From assembly GCA_002245135.1 (NCBI GenBank), contig NGBS01000879.1:1-64000 (forward strand): a DNA stretch of 64,000 nt, given 5' to 3'. Shown here one piece after another: positions 49,286 through 63,147 of this stretch. Made by a program: the position numbers and the translations under genes. Position 1 is the first letter of the stretch; each line of letters begins with the position of its first letter. This DNA is from Proteromonas lacertae. Its lineage: Eukaryota. The notes under the pieces are model-generated. The model made no database searches and was not told the DNA's origin. It saw nothing but the letters and a program-made list of their open reading frames with translations.

Positions 49286-50360
49286 TTATATGAAATATAT
49301 TGAGTTATCTTGATATTGACCAAAATTAAACTCATTTTCTGTATTTGGTATTTTTTCCATAAATTTTCTTATTTCTTTAGAATATCTATCCTCTTTACCT
49401 TTTTCTTCACCTTCAATATACATTGGTATTAATTCTTCAACACAACCATTTTGTCTCAACTTACATCTAAATATAGTTACGTTACTCAGCATTTTTAATA
49501 TAAATGACGATTTATAAAGTATAGGCAATCTATGAAAAACTAATCTATATTGAATATAATTGAATTCATATCTTTTAAGAAAATTTATAACATTATCAAA
49601 CTCTTTTGAAGGATAAATTAGATAAAATGATGTAGTTTCATCTCCTCCTTTCTTTTACAATCTCTGAACATCTTTTAATCATCATTTCTATATCAGCTGT
49701 TGTTTGATAATAGGATTTAAACTTTTCTGTATTTTTTGGTATAGGGAGTATTGCATTTAATTGTATTGGATGATAAATATGGAGGATTTAATGTCTAAAT
49801 TCAGTAAAATATTGATATAAATACTATTATATCAATATGATTTGGTAAAAACGATTTAATTTCATTTAAAGGGTGTGATATATCATATAATGCTATATGT
49901 GTTCTATTTGATATTCCATTTATGATAGAATTCCTTAAAGCTTTCTGCAATACATCTTTTTGAAAATCAAGTTGATAAATATGAATATTTGAGTAGAATA
50001 ATGCTAATGCAATTGATACAGTTCCTACTCCACAACACAGATCAACTAGTGTGATAGGGTTCTCTTCATATTTTGTCACATTTGCTGCTAGAGAGGTTGT
50101 ATCTGAATTTGTTCTATATCCATCTTTTGATTGTAGAGTAAATATCTTTTGTCCATATATTGTACATAAATCTTCGTTTTCTGATGGTAATAATAAAGTA
50201 TTCGACAATAATTGCTTAATTTGCCTAATATGCATAAATAATAAATACCTATATACTTTATTCCATAATTGTATTGCGATAAACTAATTGATTTACATTT
50301 ATATGCTGACTTTAAGAAATTGAATTGAAAATCAAGTTTCTTTTGTAATATTTTGTTCAT
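49286..50360 (-). CDS. SAM-dependent methyltransferase, TrmN6/YfiC-like, multi-exon
   Basis: QSKDGYRTNSD, VDLCCGVG, NPPY. Confidence 0.75.
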
Positions 50361-50519
50361 TTATTCTTTGAAACAGTTATTATTTGTTACTATTATAAAA
50401 TAATATATATATATATAATGCGTAATAAATGATTTATCAGAATAATGAAAATATATTCGTTTTGAAATTTATAAAAACTCAAATTACAAGACATACAGTT
50501 AGTTTAAACATTAATTAAT

Positions 50520-52594
50520 TTGTTTCACGAGATTTTTTTGAGTGATAATATATAGATGTAGTCTCTCTCATGATTTCTCTAATAGCCATTGTTGCATAAC
50601 AACCTGGATTCAAGGAAAAAGTGATTCGAAGTGCCTTGTATTTGTTATTATTAAAAATTGTTGAAGGTTTTTCTGGTAATTCTACTCCTTTTATTCTATC
50701 TACATCTGTCTCTACAAATTGTTGATTTGGATTATCTTATATCAAATTAAATAAACTATTAAATAATAAATCGCAAAAAAATGAAAAAAAGGATATATAA
50801 TAATAGAATTGGTATGAAAAATCACTAGGTTTTACTAATCCAAATCTATATTGCTTTTCTATTCTTCATTTCTATATCTACACTTCTTCTCCAGTCATTT
50901 TCATTTATCTCACACTCATCTAATATTTCTTTATAGTAATCTTGTATTAATGGTGGAATAACAGTTTCATTTGTGGGTAATGGAATAACCATATTATAAA
51001 TTGAATATAAACCACTATCTAATATTTCTTTTGTAACTATTTGTAGTTTATTGATTTTATTGAATATCAAATCTCCTTCTTTTAATTCTGTACCAAAATG
51101 TGAGAATCTGTAACTTAATAGTCTATTAAACATATAACTTTGTAAAGCATGAAATAATCTATACAAATTAAAACATTTTTAACAAAATACAATAACCTAT
51201 TGAGATATGGTAATGCATCAAAAGCTTTGTTATAATTGTTGTTACTTTCAGATAATACAGTCAATAACAGTCTTTCTCTATAATAGTCTTTATTATCTGG
51301 TAGAATCTACCATGTGAATAAATAAATAAATAAATAAATAAATACAGATAAAGATTCTTTAGCATTTTCAGTTTCAACAAATATTCTCAATGCTTCATTA
51401 TATTTTTCATCAGTCATAACATTATGTGGAGATAAATATTGTCTTACTAATTCTTTTATATTATTCTCAACTAATAATTTACCTAAGTAATGTGATGGAC
51501 ATCTATAAGTTCCAAATCTTTGTAATCCATAATAATTCAAAAAACCTTTCTCTTTGAAATTTTCTAAGTTCTTTATTATATTTTCATTATTTAGATCACA
51601 TACTAATTTGTCTGTGTTTTTATTTTGATTTTTTTCTTTAATATCTCTTATAATGATTGTGAAATTATTTCCTTTATGATGACCTAATTTGATTGGTTTA
51701 TCAACATATTCACAATTTCCAGTTTCAATTTCTAAATATTCAATATTATATTATAAATACTTTGTATATGACTTTTTGCCCATGACAATTTCTCTTCTCT
51801 TATTCTTTTTATTGTTATATATTGATGTGTTACTCCTCTCCTATCTTTTGTACCATAATAAGAAATATCACTGTTTCTTACTTTCAGTTTTTGTCTTAGC
51901 CAATGACAAGCTGATATTGTATCAATATTCCTCTATTTCAAAACATATATGAAGTTTTATGCTATACTTTAAACAAAACAAATTTCAAATATCCTTTTGC
52001 TTTTACTGAACTTCTATTTCTTGTATCAAATTTTGTTTCATTCTCTGGTTGTGGACATGATGTTTTTCTTATTCTTAACACTTTAGTTGCTGGATCTGTA
52101 TCAGATATAAAAGTTTTGAAATTGAATCTAATGATTTGATGAATCTACAAAAGATTATATAATTAGTGATACTTTGGTTCTTATTTCTTTGTTTTCCTGT
52201 TTTATATTCAATATAAATATGTTATCATCTGTATAGAATCTCAAAAACTGTTTATAATCCTCTTCATTCATGTAATTAGATAACAATGATATTCCTTCTA
52301 ACGATAATTCTTTTACATCTTTCATTACTTTGGTTTCTATGTTATGATGCGATAAATTTGTAAGTTTAGCTATATTCCCAAATTCATCAATCTCTCTAAC
52401 TATGAAATCTGCATGAATATGTTTCAATAAACCAGTTAATGGAGTATTGCTAGATAAATAGCTAAATATATAACTACATTAAAATACTGCTCAATTCCAA
52501 CATCTGTTTCATTATTTATAGGACCACATGTAATTATGCTCCTTTTTGTTATAAATTTCGATGTTCTTCTAACCACATATTTCAGATTTTGCAT
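50520..52594 (-). CDS. PUS7: Pseudouridine synthase TruD/PUS7, multi-exon
   Basis: ETDVGI, DFIVREID, GHHKGNNFTIIIR, NYYGLQRFG, HALQSYMFN, FSLNPGCYATMAIREIM. Confidence 0.9.
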
Positions 52595-52661
52595 GATTTT
52601 AATTCTTTTAAACAAGCTTGGCTTGATTTTTAAATTTTTAGTCTCTTCTATTGAATGATAA

Positions 52662-55600
52662 ATGACTGTAGTGGAAGTATAAATATTTTATTTTATTTTA
52701 TTAGGATAATTTAAACTCGTTAGATTTAATTAATGATGATTTTGAAGATTCATTTGGCTCAAGTAAGTCTAAACACAGCTTTGAGCAAGAATCTAGTGTA
52801 AATAAAGTGGTAAATACTATAATCTCTAAACAAGTTATGAGAAAAGCTAAAAAGAAGAGATTATTACCAAAGAAAAGTATATTTCGTCATTACTATATCA
52901 TACATAGAAGTAATTGAATATAAATATGCTGATATTAAACCGAAATTAGAAGTGAAAAAAGAAAAAGAAGCTGTAAAATCAATTCCTCCAAAACCAAAGG
53001 TTACTCAACCAATTCCTTCAAAACCAATTCCTTCAAAACCAATAGTTAGTCGTGAAGTATATTAAATATTTTATAAAATGAATAGATAGTACTTGATCAA
53101 GACGCTTGGAAAAAAGGAAGAGAAATAGCTAAAGAGAAAAACAAAATACTAAAAGAAAGAGAAAAGAAAGAGAAAAAAATGACAGTTAAAGAAATAAATG
53201 ACAAACACAGAGAAGAATTTCATCATATAAAGAAAGATGAACCAACAATAAATATTCATGGAATTTTTATGAAAAGTAAAGAAGAGAAAAGAATAAAAAA
53301 ACAAAAGGTGAATGACAAAAAGAAGAAGAATAAGATAATGATAACAAAGCAACTACAAAAACTGTCAAATCCCACAGAATTAGAAGAAGAAGAACAACAA
53401 CAACAGCAACAGGATGTAATAAGTGATAATAATGTAATAGATAATCAAGAATATTCATTAGAAGATGATGATGATGATGATATATATTGAATGAAGAATT
53501 TTTCATGAATGAATTGAAATATGATGAACTAAAACAAAATACAGAAAAAGAATCTAAATTAATTAATTTAATAAATGAAAAGATCCAAGAAATTATTTCT
53601 CAAGATAATAATAATAATGACAATGTATTACCTCCTTCACCACCTCCATTATCACAATTATCCTCTGCAAACAATACTCAAACATTACCTCCATCTCCTC
53701 CTACAAATAATACTTCACAAATAGAATCTGATAATCAACCTGAAAAGAAAAAAAGGAAAGTTATAAAAATGAAAAGTAAAGTATACAAAGATGATATTGT
53801 GTATGATGTCCAAATCGGAGTTGAATCATGGAATAATAATAACACTCCGCATTCTCCATATAGATATCAGCAACCAATTATTGATCCTAATTTAATTACA
53901 GAGAAAAATGATATACCAATTATTCAATATACTTCACCAAGAAAATTGAAGAATAAAGATATTTATATTGAACAATCCTCCTATGATAATAGTGATATTA
54001 TATCACATGAATCATCTATTTTATCCAATAAAGATAATCTTCTTACACCTACATCTCAGCCAGTTACACCTCTTAATGTATAATTATTATTTATTTATTT
54101 TTTATAGAGACCAAATGAAGTTAATGTTGATGATGATTCTCATTCATTAGAATCAACACCAAAAGAAAAGATTCAATATAAATTATTTCCATCAGATAGT
54201 GAAGATAATAATGAAAAAGGAAATCCATTATTGAAAGTGAAAGTTCCAACAATAGCACAAAGAATAAATGAAATTGTAGAAAGAAAGATGAAAAGAGAAA
54301 GAGAAATACAGGAAATGAAAGAAAAAATGGAATTAGAATCATTAAAACAAACAGAAACACAACCAGAAAAAAAGAAAAAGGAAAACGAATTGAGTGAATC
54401 TATTCCTTTATCCATAAATGAAGTTGTTTCTCCGCCTCTTCCTCAAGAATCGTCTATTAAGAAAGAATCTCCATTATCAGAATCAATATCTTCGAATAAT
54501 AACAAAGAAATAAAAACATATAGTAATTTGACAACTCAAAATGTAGTTGAAGTTAATACTATACCTTCTTCTAATACTAATCAATTTATAATCTATGATA
54601 AAACACAACCACCACCACAAGAACAACAGTTTCAACAGAATCAATCTGATTTGTTTCTTAGACCATCAAAATGTCCAATTGTATTACCAACATATTATGT
54701 ATATATTGTGTTCATTATATAAATATTTATAGCCAGGAGTTATAAAAACAAATCCCAATTTTGTATTAGATTATCATCCTGAAAATGATGTAAAGGATGA
54801 TGATAAAAGTTCATATACAAGTTGTACATCTCGTTCTTCATATTCAAGTAGGTCTTCCTCCTATTCATCTTCAGGTTCATCATCCTCTTATTCTTCCTCA
54901 TCATCATCTTCAAGTTCTTCAGAGTATTCATCAGAATCAGAATTAGAAGACAAATTAACAGAATTACCAAAAAAAACAGTGAAATTTGAGGATACTTTCA
55001 TTGATGATTTTTCACAAAGTGGTGGAACAGTAAACAAATCTGATATTCATAAATCCACTGATTTATTTACTGATTCATTTGCAAATACTTTTGAAGATTC
55101 TACAAAAAAAAGAACTGAATCAACATTTACTGACGATTTTGATAATACTCCAATTAGTTCAGCAAGAAATAGACAAAGAACAGAATCAACTTTTGTGGAT
55201 GATTTTGATATAAGTCCTAAACAATCTGCAAGGAATCGATCAACAACAGAAATGTCATTTATTGATGATTTTGATATTGATGATAATAATACTAAAGTTA
55301 AAGAAACAAAAAGTATAGTTTCAACTTTTATTGAATCATATGATGATAATACTTTTGCTGATACATTTGATAGTACAAATTATTCAAACATTTTCCACAG
55401 AAGAACAGAAGAATCAATCCCTGAAGATTTAAATGAAAGTGGAAATTCAGTTAGTAAAGATAAACATGACAATGAAATAGATGATGAAATACCAGAAGAG
55501 ACATTTGCTGATACTACTTTTAACTCATCATTTACGAAATCAAAACAGAATAATCAAATACCAGATGAAATAGAAGATGATTCATTTCACAATTCAACTT

Positions 55601-58600
55601 TTGCATCTAATGTAAAAACATCAAATAATAAGAATGAAGAAATTGATGATGAAATTCCCAATGATAGCTTCAATGATTCAACCACTTTTACATCAACTAC
55701 AAAACCACAAAGACAAACTAATGAAGTACCTGATGATATTGAAGAAGATTTTAATGAAGAATCAACATCCAAGCCTGAAGAAAAACCAAAAGCAGAAGAA
55801 ATAGAAGATAGTCTAACAACTACATTTGATACATTTAAATCTACATCTCCTAAAATAGATAATAATACAATACCAGATGATATTAGTAATGATACATTCC
55901 AAGATACATTTATGTCTAATTCTACAAAGAATAGATCACCAAAATTAGAGTCAGATATTGTAGAAGAAGTACTTGATGATTCATTTGAGAATTCAGGTTT
56001 AAGTAATTCAAATAGAAAGAAGAATAATGAAGAAAATGTAGATGATAATATAGAAGATGACTTTGATGAAGAATTTGATGATGATTTCGACGATAATAAG
56101 GATAAACAACAACCTCCACCACCTGAAATACAAGATTCATTCTCATTATCAGCATCACAATCTCCAAGAGTTGAAAAACCTGAAAGTGTTGTTGATTCAT
56201 TTGAAAATTCATCGTCATCATCAAAGTCTAAAAAGAAAAAGAATACTCCAGAAGCTGATAGTATTTCTGACTCATTTGTTGACTCATTTGTTGAATCATT
56301 TTCTGTTTCTCATTCAAAATCTCATTCTCCTCGAATCCCTGAAACTATACCAGATGAATCTATAGAAGATTCATTTGAAAATTCACAGAATGAAGATAAT
56401 AAGAAACAGAATAATAGCATTATTAATGAAATAGAAGATTCATTTGCCAATTCTGAATCACAATCATCCAAGAAACAGAATCCTGAAGAAGTAGAAAATG
56501 ATATGTCTGATTTCATTGCTGATTCATTTTCTAACTCCAGATCAAAATCTCAATCACCAAGATTAACTAGAAGTAAGAATGAGTCCATTGTAGATGATTT
56601 TGAGAACTCTACGCCAAATGAAAATAACAAAACAGAGATAGAAGATGATTTTGAAAACTCAATACCAAACGAAAATAATAATGATAAGAATGAGATAGAA
56701 GATGATTTTGAAAACTCTTCACAAAATGATAATAATGATAAGAATGAGATAGAAGATGATTTTGAAAACTCTTCACAAAATGAAAATAATAATAAAACTG
56801 ATTTTGTTAATGATATTGAAAATGATTCAAAATCAAAAATAACATCTGATTTCAGTGATGATACATTTGATAGTGGTTCATTTAATAGTTTACATTCGAC
56901 AACGAAAAAAGAAAATCCTAAACAATCTACTCAACCAAAACCTAAACCTGTTAAATCAAAAACCAAAAATAAGGATAACAAGTCTGATTTTGAGGAAGAA
57001 TTTTCAGATTCATTTACTACTAGTTTTCAATCAGCTAGTTCTACAGATACATCTCATAGTTATGAGAGATTACATGAAGAATTAAAAGAGAAAAGAAGAA
57101 AAGAAAAAGAAGCAAAAAAAGAATTATTGAGATTGGCAATTGAAAAAGTTGATTTACATATATCTCTCTACAGAAAGAAGTTAGATGCTAAGAAAGCACA
57201 ATTAGAAGAATTAAAGAAGATACCTATTCATATTTCGACTGATAGTTTTGATTTGTCATTTCCACATAATGAAATTGATGAGTATGTTAAAGAAACAAAA
57301 AATGTAAAACCTAAAACATCAAAACCTAAGCAAGATACAAAATTCGATTCGTCTAAATCAAAATCCTTTAGTAATTCATTTAGTGATTATTTTAATGACA
57401 ATTCAAAGAGTGTAGTAAGTTCAAAGAAAGACGATGATTTTGAAAATGAGGAATTCTCTGATGATTTTGATGATAAACAATCTGAACAAAAGAGTGATGA
57501 AATATCAGATGATTTTAATGATACAGACGATTTTGATGTATTAGAAACACTAAAGAAAGAAGAAGAAGAAAATACAATTAAAGATAGTTTTGATGAAAAA
57601 CCAATAGCGAAGTCACTAACATCGTCACCAAGAGTAAATGAAATTAGAGATGAAATTGAGGATGAAATTGATAATAGCAATAATACACCAGCAGATGATG
57701 ATACATTTGAAGATACTTTTAGTGACCAATCAATAGGTGTAAAACCAATAACTAATAAAAAGATAATCTAAAGCTTACCAACAAATTGGATGAAATAGAA
57801 GATACTTTTGAAGAATCAAATGCTAATTCTCTTAACAAAACAACAGAAATACCAACCAATGAAGTGCCAGATGAAATTATCGATGATACAACTCAGTTTG
57901 AAGATACATTTGGAGAAAGTACTAAACAATTATCACAACAAAATAAATTAGAACCGTTAGAAAATAAAACATCACCTAAAACAAATAGTGAAACAGCGCC
58001 AAAAGAGATAGTAGATGAAATATCTAATGATTTTGATGATACATTTGATGCAAGTGTTTCCAAGTCAAATAAATCAATGGAGAGAAGTAATAAGAATATC
58101 CCAGAGAATATTATTGAAGAATCAGTGTCTCATGAAAATTCAATTCCTACACCACCAGATACATCATTTCTCTCAAGTACATCATCAATAATGCCATTGA
58201 GAAGATCTCATAGAAAATATTCTCCATCACAAAGTATTAAACAAAGTAAATCTCAAGGAGAAAATGAATCAAACAATGATAAAGATAATAAAAACAACAA
58301 AGATGAAAGTACCAAAGAAATACCAAATGAAATTGATGATGATTTTGTTTCAATGAGTCATACATTTGATGATAGTACCAAACAGATTAAGATCGATAAT
58401 GATAAAGGTAAGAAAGGAGTAGAATCAATAGAATCAGTTGGTGATATTCCAGATGAAATTCCCAATGAAAGTGTGACATTTATTGATACATTTGGAGATA
58501 ATACAGACATATTTATTGAGAAACAGATGAATAAGGTTGATACCAAAGATAAAACATCTAAACTATCTGAGATTGAAGATAGTGAATTTTTGGATGATAC

Positions 58601-61576
58601 ATTTGACAATTCATCATCAGTATTCTCTCCTAAGCCACAATCATCAACAACAACAGACAAACTAAATCCCATCAAAGAAAAAGAAAATGATCATTCTGAA
58701 ATAGTAGATGAAATAGAAGATGAAATTCCAGAAACTACAACAACAAAAGATGAATCTCCCAAAGTAGAAGAAAGTGTGAATTTTGAAGATACATTTGACA
58801 ATTCATCATCGGTATTCTCTCCTAAACCACTTCCATTACCTTTATCATCATCAACAACAGACAAACTAAATCCCATCAAAGAAAAAGAAAATGATCATTC
58901 TGAAATAGTAGATGAAATAGAAGATGAAATTCCAGAAACTACAACAACAAAAGATGAATCTCCCAAAGTAGAAGAAAGTGTGAATTTTGAAGATACATTT
59001 GACAATTCATCATCAGTATTCTCTCCTAAGCCACAATCATCATCAACAACAGACAAACTAAATCCCATCAAAGAAAAAGAAAATGATCATTCTGAAATAG
59101 TAGATGAAATAGAAGATGAAATTCCAGAAACTACAACAACAAAAGATGAATCTCCCAAAGTAGAAGAAAGTGTGAATTTTGAAGATACATTTGACAATTC
59201 ATCATCAGTATTCTCTCCTAAGCCACAATCATCATCAACAACAGACAAACTAAATCCCATCAAAGAAAAAGAAAATGATCATTCTGAAATAGTAGATGAA
59301 ATAGAAGATGAAATTCCAGAAACTACAACAACAAAAGATGAATCTCCCAAAGTAGAAGAAAGTGTGAATTTTGAAGATACATTTGACAATTCATCATCAG
59401 TATTCTCTCCTAAGCCACAATCATCAACAACAACAGACAAACTAAATCCCATCAAAGAAAAAGAAAATGATCATTCTGAAATAGTAGATGAAATAGAAGA
59501 TGAAATTCCAGAAACTACAACAACAAAAGATGAATCTCCCAAAGTAGAAGAAAGTGTGAATTTTGAAGATACATTTGACAATTCATCATCAGTATTCTCT
59601 CCTAAGCCACAATCATCAACAACAACAGACAAACTAAATCCCATCAAAGAAAAAGAAAATGATCATTCTGAAATAGTAGATGAAATAGAAGATGAAATTC
59701 CAGAAACTACAACAACAAAAGATGAATCTCCCAAAGTAGAAGAAAGTGTGAATTTTGAAGATACATTTGACAATTCATCATCAGTATTCTCTCCTAAACC
59801 ACTTCCATTACCTTTATCATCATCAACAACAGACAAACTAAATCCCATCAAAGAAAAAGAAAATGATCATTCTGAAATAGTAGATGAAATAGAAGATGAA
59901 ATTCCAGAAACTACAACAACAAAAGATGAATCTCCCAAAGTAGAAGAAAGTGTGAATTTTGAAGATACATTTGACAATTCATCATCAGTATTCTCTCCTA
60001 AGCCACAATCATCAACAACAACAGACAAACTAAATCCCATCAAAGAAAAAGAAAATGATCATTCTGAAATAGTAGATGAAATAGAAGATGAAATTCCAGA
60101 AACTACAACAACAAAAGATGAATCTCCCAAAGTAGAAGAAAGTGTGAATTTTGAAGATACATTTGACAATTCATCATCAGTATTCTCTCCTAAGCCACAA
60201 TCATCAACAACAACAGACAAACTAAATCCCATCAAAGAAAAAGAAAATGATCATTCTGAAATAGTAGATGAAATAGAAGATGAAATTCCAGAAACTACAA
60301 CAACAAAAGATGAATCTCCCAAAGTAGAAGAAAGTGTGAATTTTGAAGATACATTTGACAATTCATCATCAGTATTCTCTCCTAAGCCACAATCATCAAC
60401 AACAACAGACAAACTAAATCCCATCAAAGAAAAAGAAAATGATCATTCTGAAATAGTAGATGAAATAGAAGATGAAATTCCAGAAACTACAACAACAAAA
60501 GATGAATCTCCCAAAGTAGAAGAAAGTGTGAATTTTGAAGATACATTTGACAATTCATCATCAGTATTCTCTCCTAAGCCACAATCATCAACAACAACAG
60601 ACAAACTAAATCCCATCAAAGAAAAAGAAAATGATCATTCTGAAATAGTAGATGAAATAGAAGATGAAATTCCAGAAACTACAACAACAAAAGATGAATC
60701 TCCCAAAGTAGAAGAAAGTGTGAATTTTGAAGATACATTTGACAATTCATCATCAGTATTCTCTCCTAAGCCACAATCATCAACAACAACAGACAAACTA
60801 AATCCCATCAAAGAAAAAGAAAATGATCATTCTGAAATAGTAGATGAAATAGAAGATGAAATTCCAGAAACTACAACAACAAAAGATGAATCTCCCAAAG
60901 TAGAAGAAAGTGTGAATTTTGAAGATACATTTGACAATTCATCATCAGTATTCTCTCCTAAGCCACAATCATCAACAACAACAGACAAACTAAATCCCAT
61001 CAAAGAAAAAGAAAATGATCATTCTGAAATAGTAGATGAAATAGAAGATGAAATTCCAGAAACTACAACAACAAAAGATGAATCTCCCAAAGTAGAAGAA
61101 AGTGTGAATTTTGAAGATACATTTGACAATTCATCATCAGTATTCTCTCCTAAACCACAATCATCAACAACAACAGACAAACTAAATCCCATCAAAGAAA
61201 AAGAAAATGATCATTCTGAAATAGTAGATGAAATAGAAGATGAAATTCCAGAAACTACAACAACAAAAGATGAATCTCCCAAAGTAGAAGAAAGTGTGAA
61301 TTTTGAAGATACATTTGACAATTCATCATCGGTATTCTCTCCTAAACCACTTCCATTACCTTTATCATCATCAACAACAGACAAACTAAATCCCATCAAA
61401 GAGAATGAAGATGATCATAAAATAGAGTCTCCAAAAGAAGAAGAAGAAGAAAGTGTAAATTTTGAAGACACATTTGATGTTTCTACTACATTCTCACCAA
61501 AACCAACATCTAATAATAAAGAATCCAATAAAGAAGATATAATAGACGAAATTCCAGATGAAATACCAGATGAAGT

Positions 61577-61609
<33 letters not shown>

Positions 61610-62090
61610 GAATGAAAAACCAAATGATGATGAAAACAAAAGTAAAGAAGATGATGATAAAAATAAAGATGATAAAGAAGAAGAAAATTCAAACCAAAAC
61701 ACTCAAAATCCAATAGACGATAAACTATTATCAAGAAAACTCAATCCACTTCCATCACTTCCAGAACTATCTAATCGAACATTACCATCTTTAAAACCTA
61801 TTTCTAATATACCTCCACTTATAAATACCGAAGAACCAATCAATCAAGATAATGAAAAGCATAACGATGTTATATCTGTTGGTAGTTTAAATGAAAATGA
61901 AGATGATGATGATGAAAGTAGTTACATTGATAATATGGATGAAGAAGATATGTTTGAAAGTTCAGATTTTGCTTCTAACAATGGAACTCCTAATAATCAT
62001 GATAGAGCTCATTTTGAAGGTAATTTATCTAAAGTTTCAGAGGTTGATGAAAATTCTAACATGAATGATAAAGATGACGAAGAAATGTAA
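52662..62090 (+). CDS. Giant acidic low-complexity protein (~3000 aa) with D/E-(S/T)-F motifs and a 64-aa tandem repeat
   Basis: Consecutive plus-strand ORFs linked by short introns and small frameshifts at ~53485 (AT run) and ~57760 (A run). Confidence 0.7.
58595..61400 (+). repeat. Coding tandem repeat, 192-bp unit, ~14.5 copies (three with a 12-bp insertion)
   Basis: Unit DTFDNSSSVFSPKPQSSTTTDKLNPIKEKENDHSEIVDEIEDEIPETTTTKDESPKVEESVNFE; PLPLPLSS variant in units 2, 7 and 15. Confidence 0.97.
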
Positions 62091-62188
62091 TATAATATAT
62101 AATTAATATGTTTTTTTATTCAATTATGTAATTAATACAAAAATATATATTACAATACATAATATAATTGCTATTACAACTGAACATT

Positions 62189-63056
62189 TTACTTCTTAAT
62201 TTCAGGATTTGCATCAAATCCATTCTTTATACCATTTCCAAATTTGTTTTCAAATATAATTTCTTCTGGCTTGAATCTTACAGTTTCAAACATTCTAGCA
62301 TCATCAGTTGGATATCCTACGGCAAATACAATTGATGGTTCAAATCCCTCAGGAACTTCTAATAAACTCATTAATTTATCTGCGATAAATCCTTCCATTG
62401 CAATTGTTCCTAAACCATATGCTGAGCATAACATTTCAAAAGCACCCATAACTAAACCGCAACTCTTTTCAGCCCAAGCCTATAAATTAGATGTATTTTA
62501 TAATACACATGACGGTGAAGCTAATTTATCATGTTTACCTAAGCATACTTCTGGTGGGAACATCTGCTTTACTAAATTGTAATATAAATATCATTAATAC
62601 CGGCATTTGTTGCATAATCAATTGAACCTTGTGGAGCTGTTGATCTGTGCATCATATCTTCAAACATTTTAATAGATTGTGTTGGATCTATTGCATAATA
62701 TATCAATCAACGTGAATGTACTAATATCAGCAAAGAATGTAACATATGCTTGACAGTTAGTAGTAGCTTTTGCATTTGCTCCTACTAAACATGATCTGAA
62801 CTTTTCTCTTTCTTCTGGAGTTCTTGTAACGACAATACGAAAAGGCTGAAAGTTCATTGATGTACACATTCTCTAATAATTTTATTATTTCAATTAAACA
62901 ATACTTGTGAATATCCAAGAATTCTTTCAAGAACACCTTCTGGGATTGGCTTATCTTGATATTTTCTACAACTGAATCGGAACATAGCATCTTTTTCAGC
63001 ATATTTAGCAGCTTCAGGCTATAAATTAAAAGAAAAAAACATACGATAGCAGACAT
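62189..63056 (-). CDS. Nitroreductase family protein, multi-exon
   Basis: CTSMNFQPFRIVV, AYGLGTIAMEGF, FAVGYP...R. Confidence 0.85.
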
Positions 63057-63147
63057 TTCAAAAGATTATTTTATGGGGTATGAAAATGTTAAAGAATTTT
63101 TAAGAATATTCTTCAAAAAAACACAAACAAATAATAATCAAAGAAAA

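Noticed and set aside
58595..61400. CRISPR-like or satellite array
   Set aside because: No unique spacers; in-frame coding repeat in a eukaryotic gene. The minus-strand ORFs are shadows.
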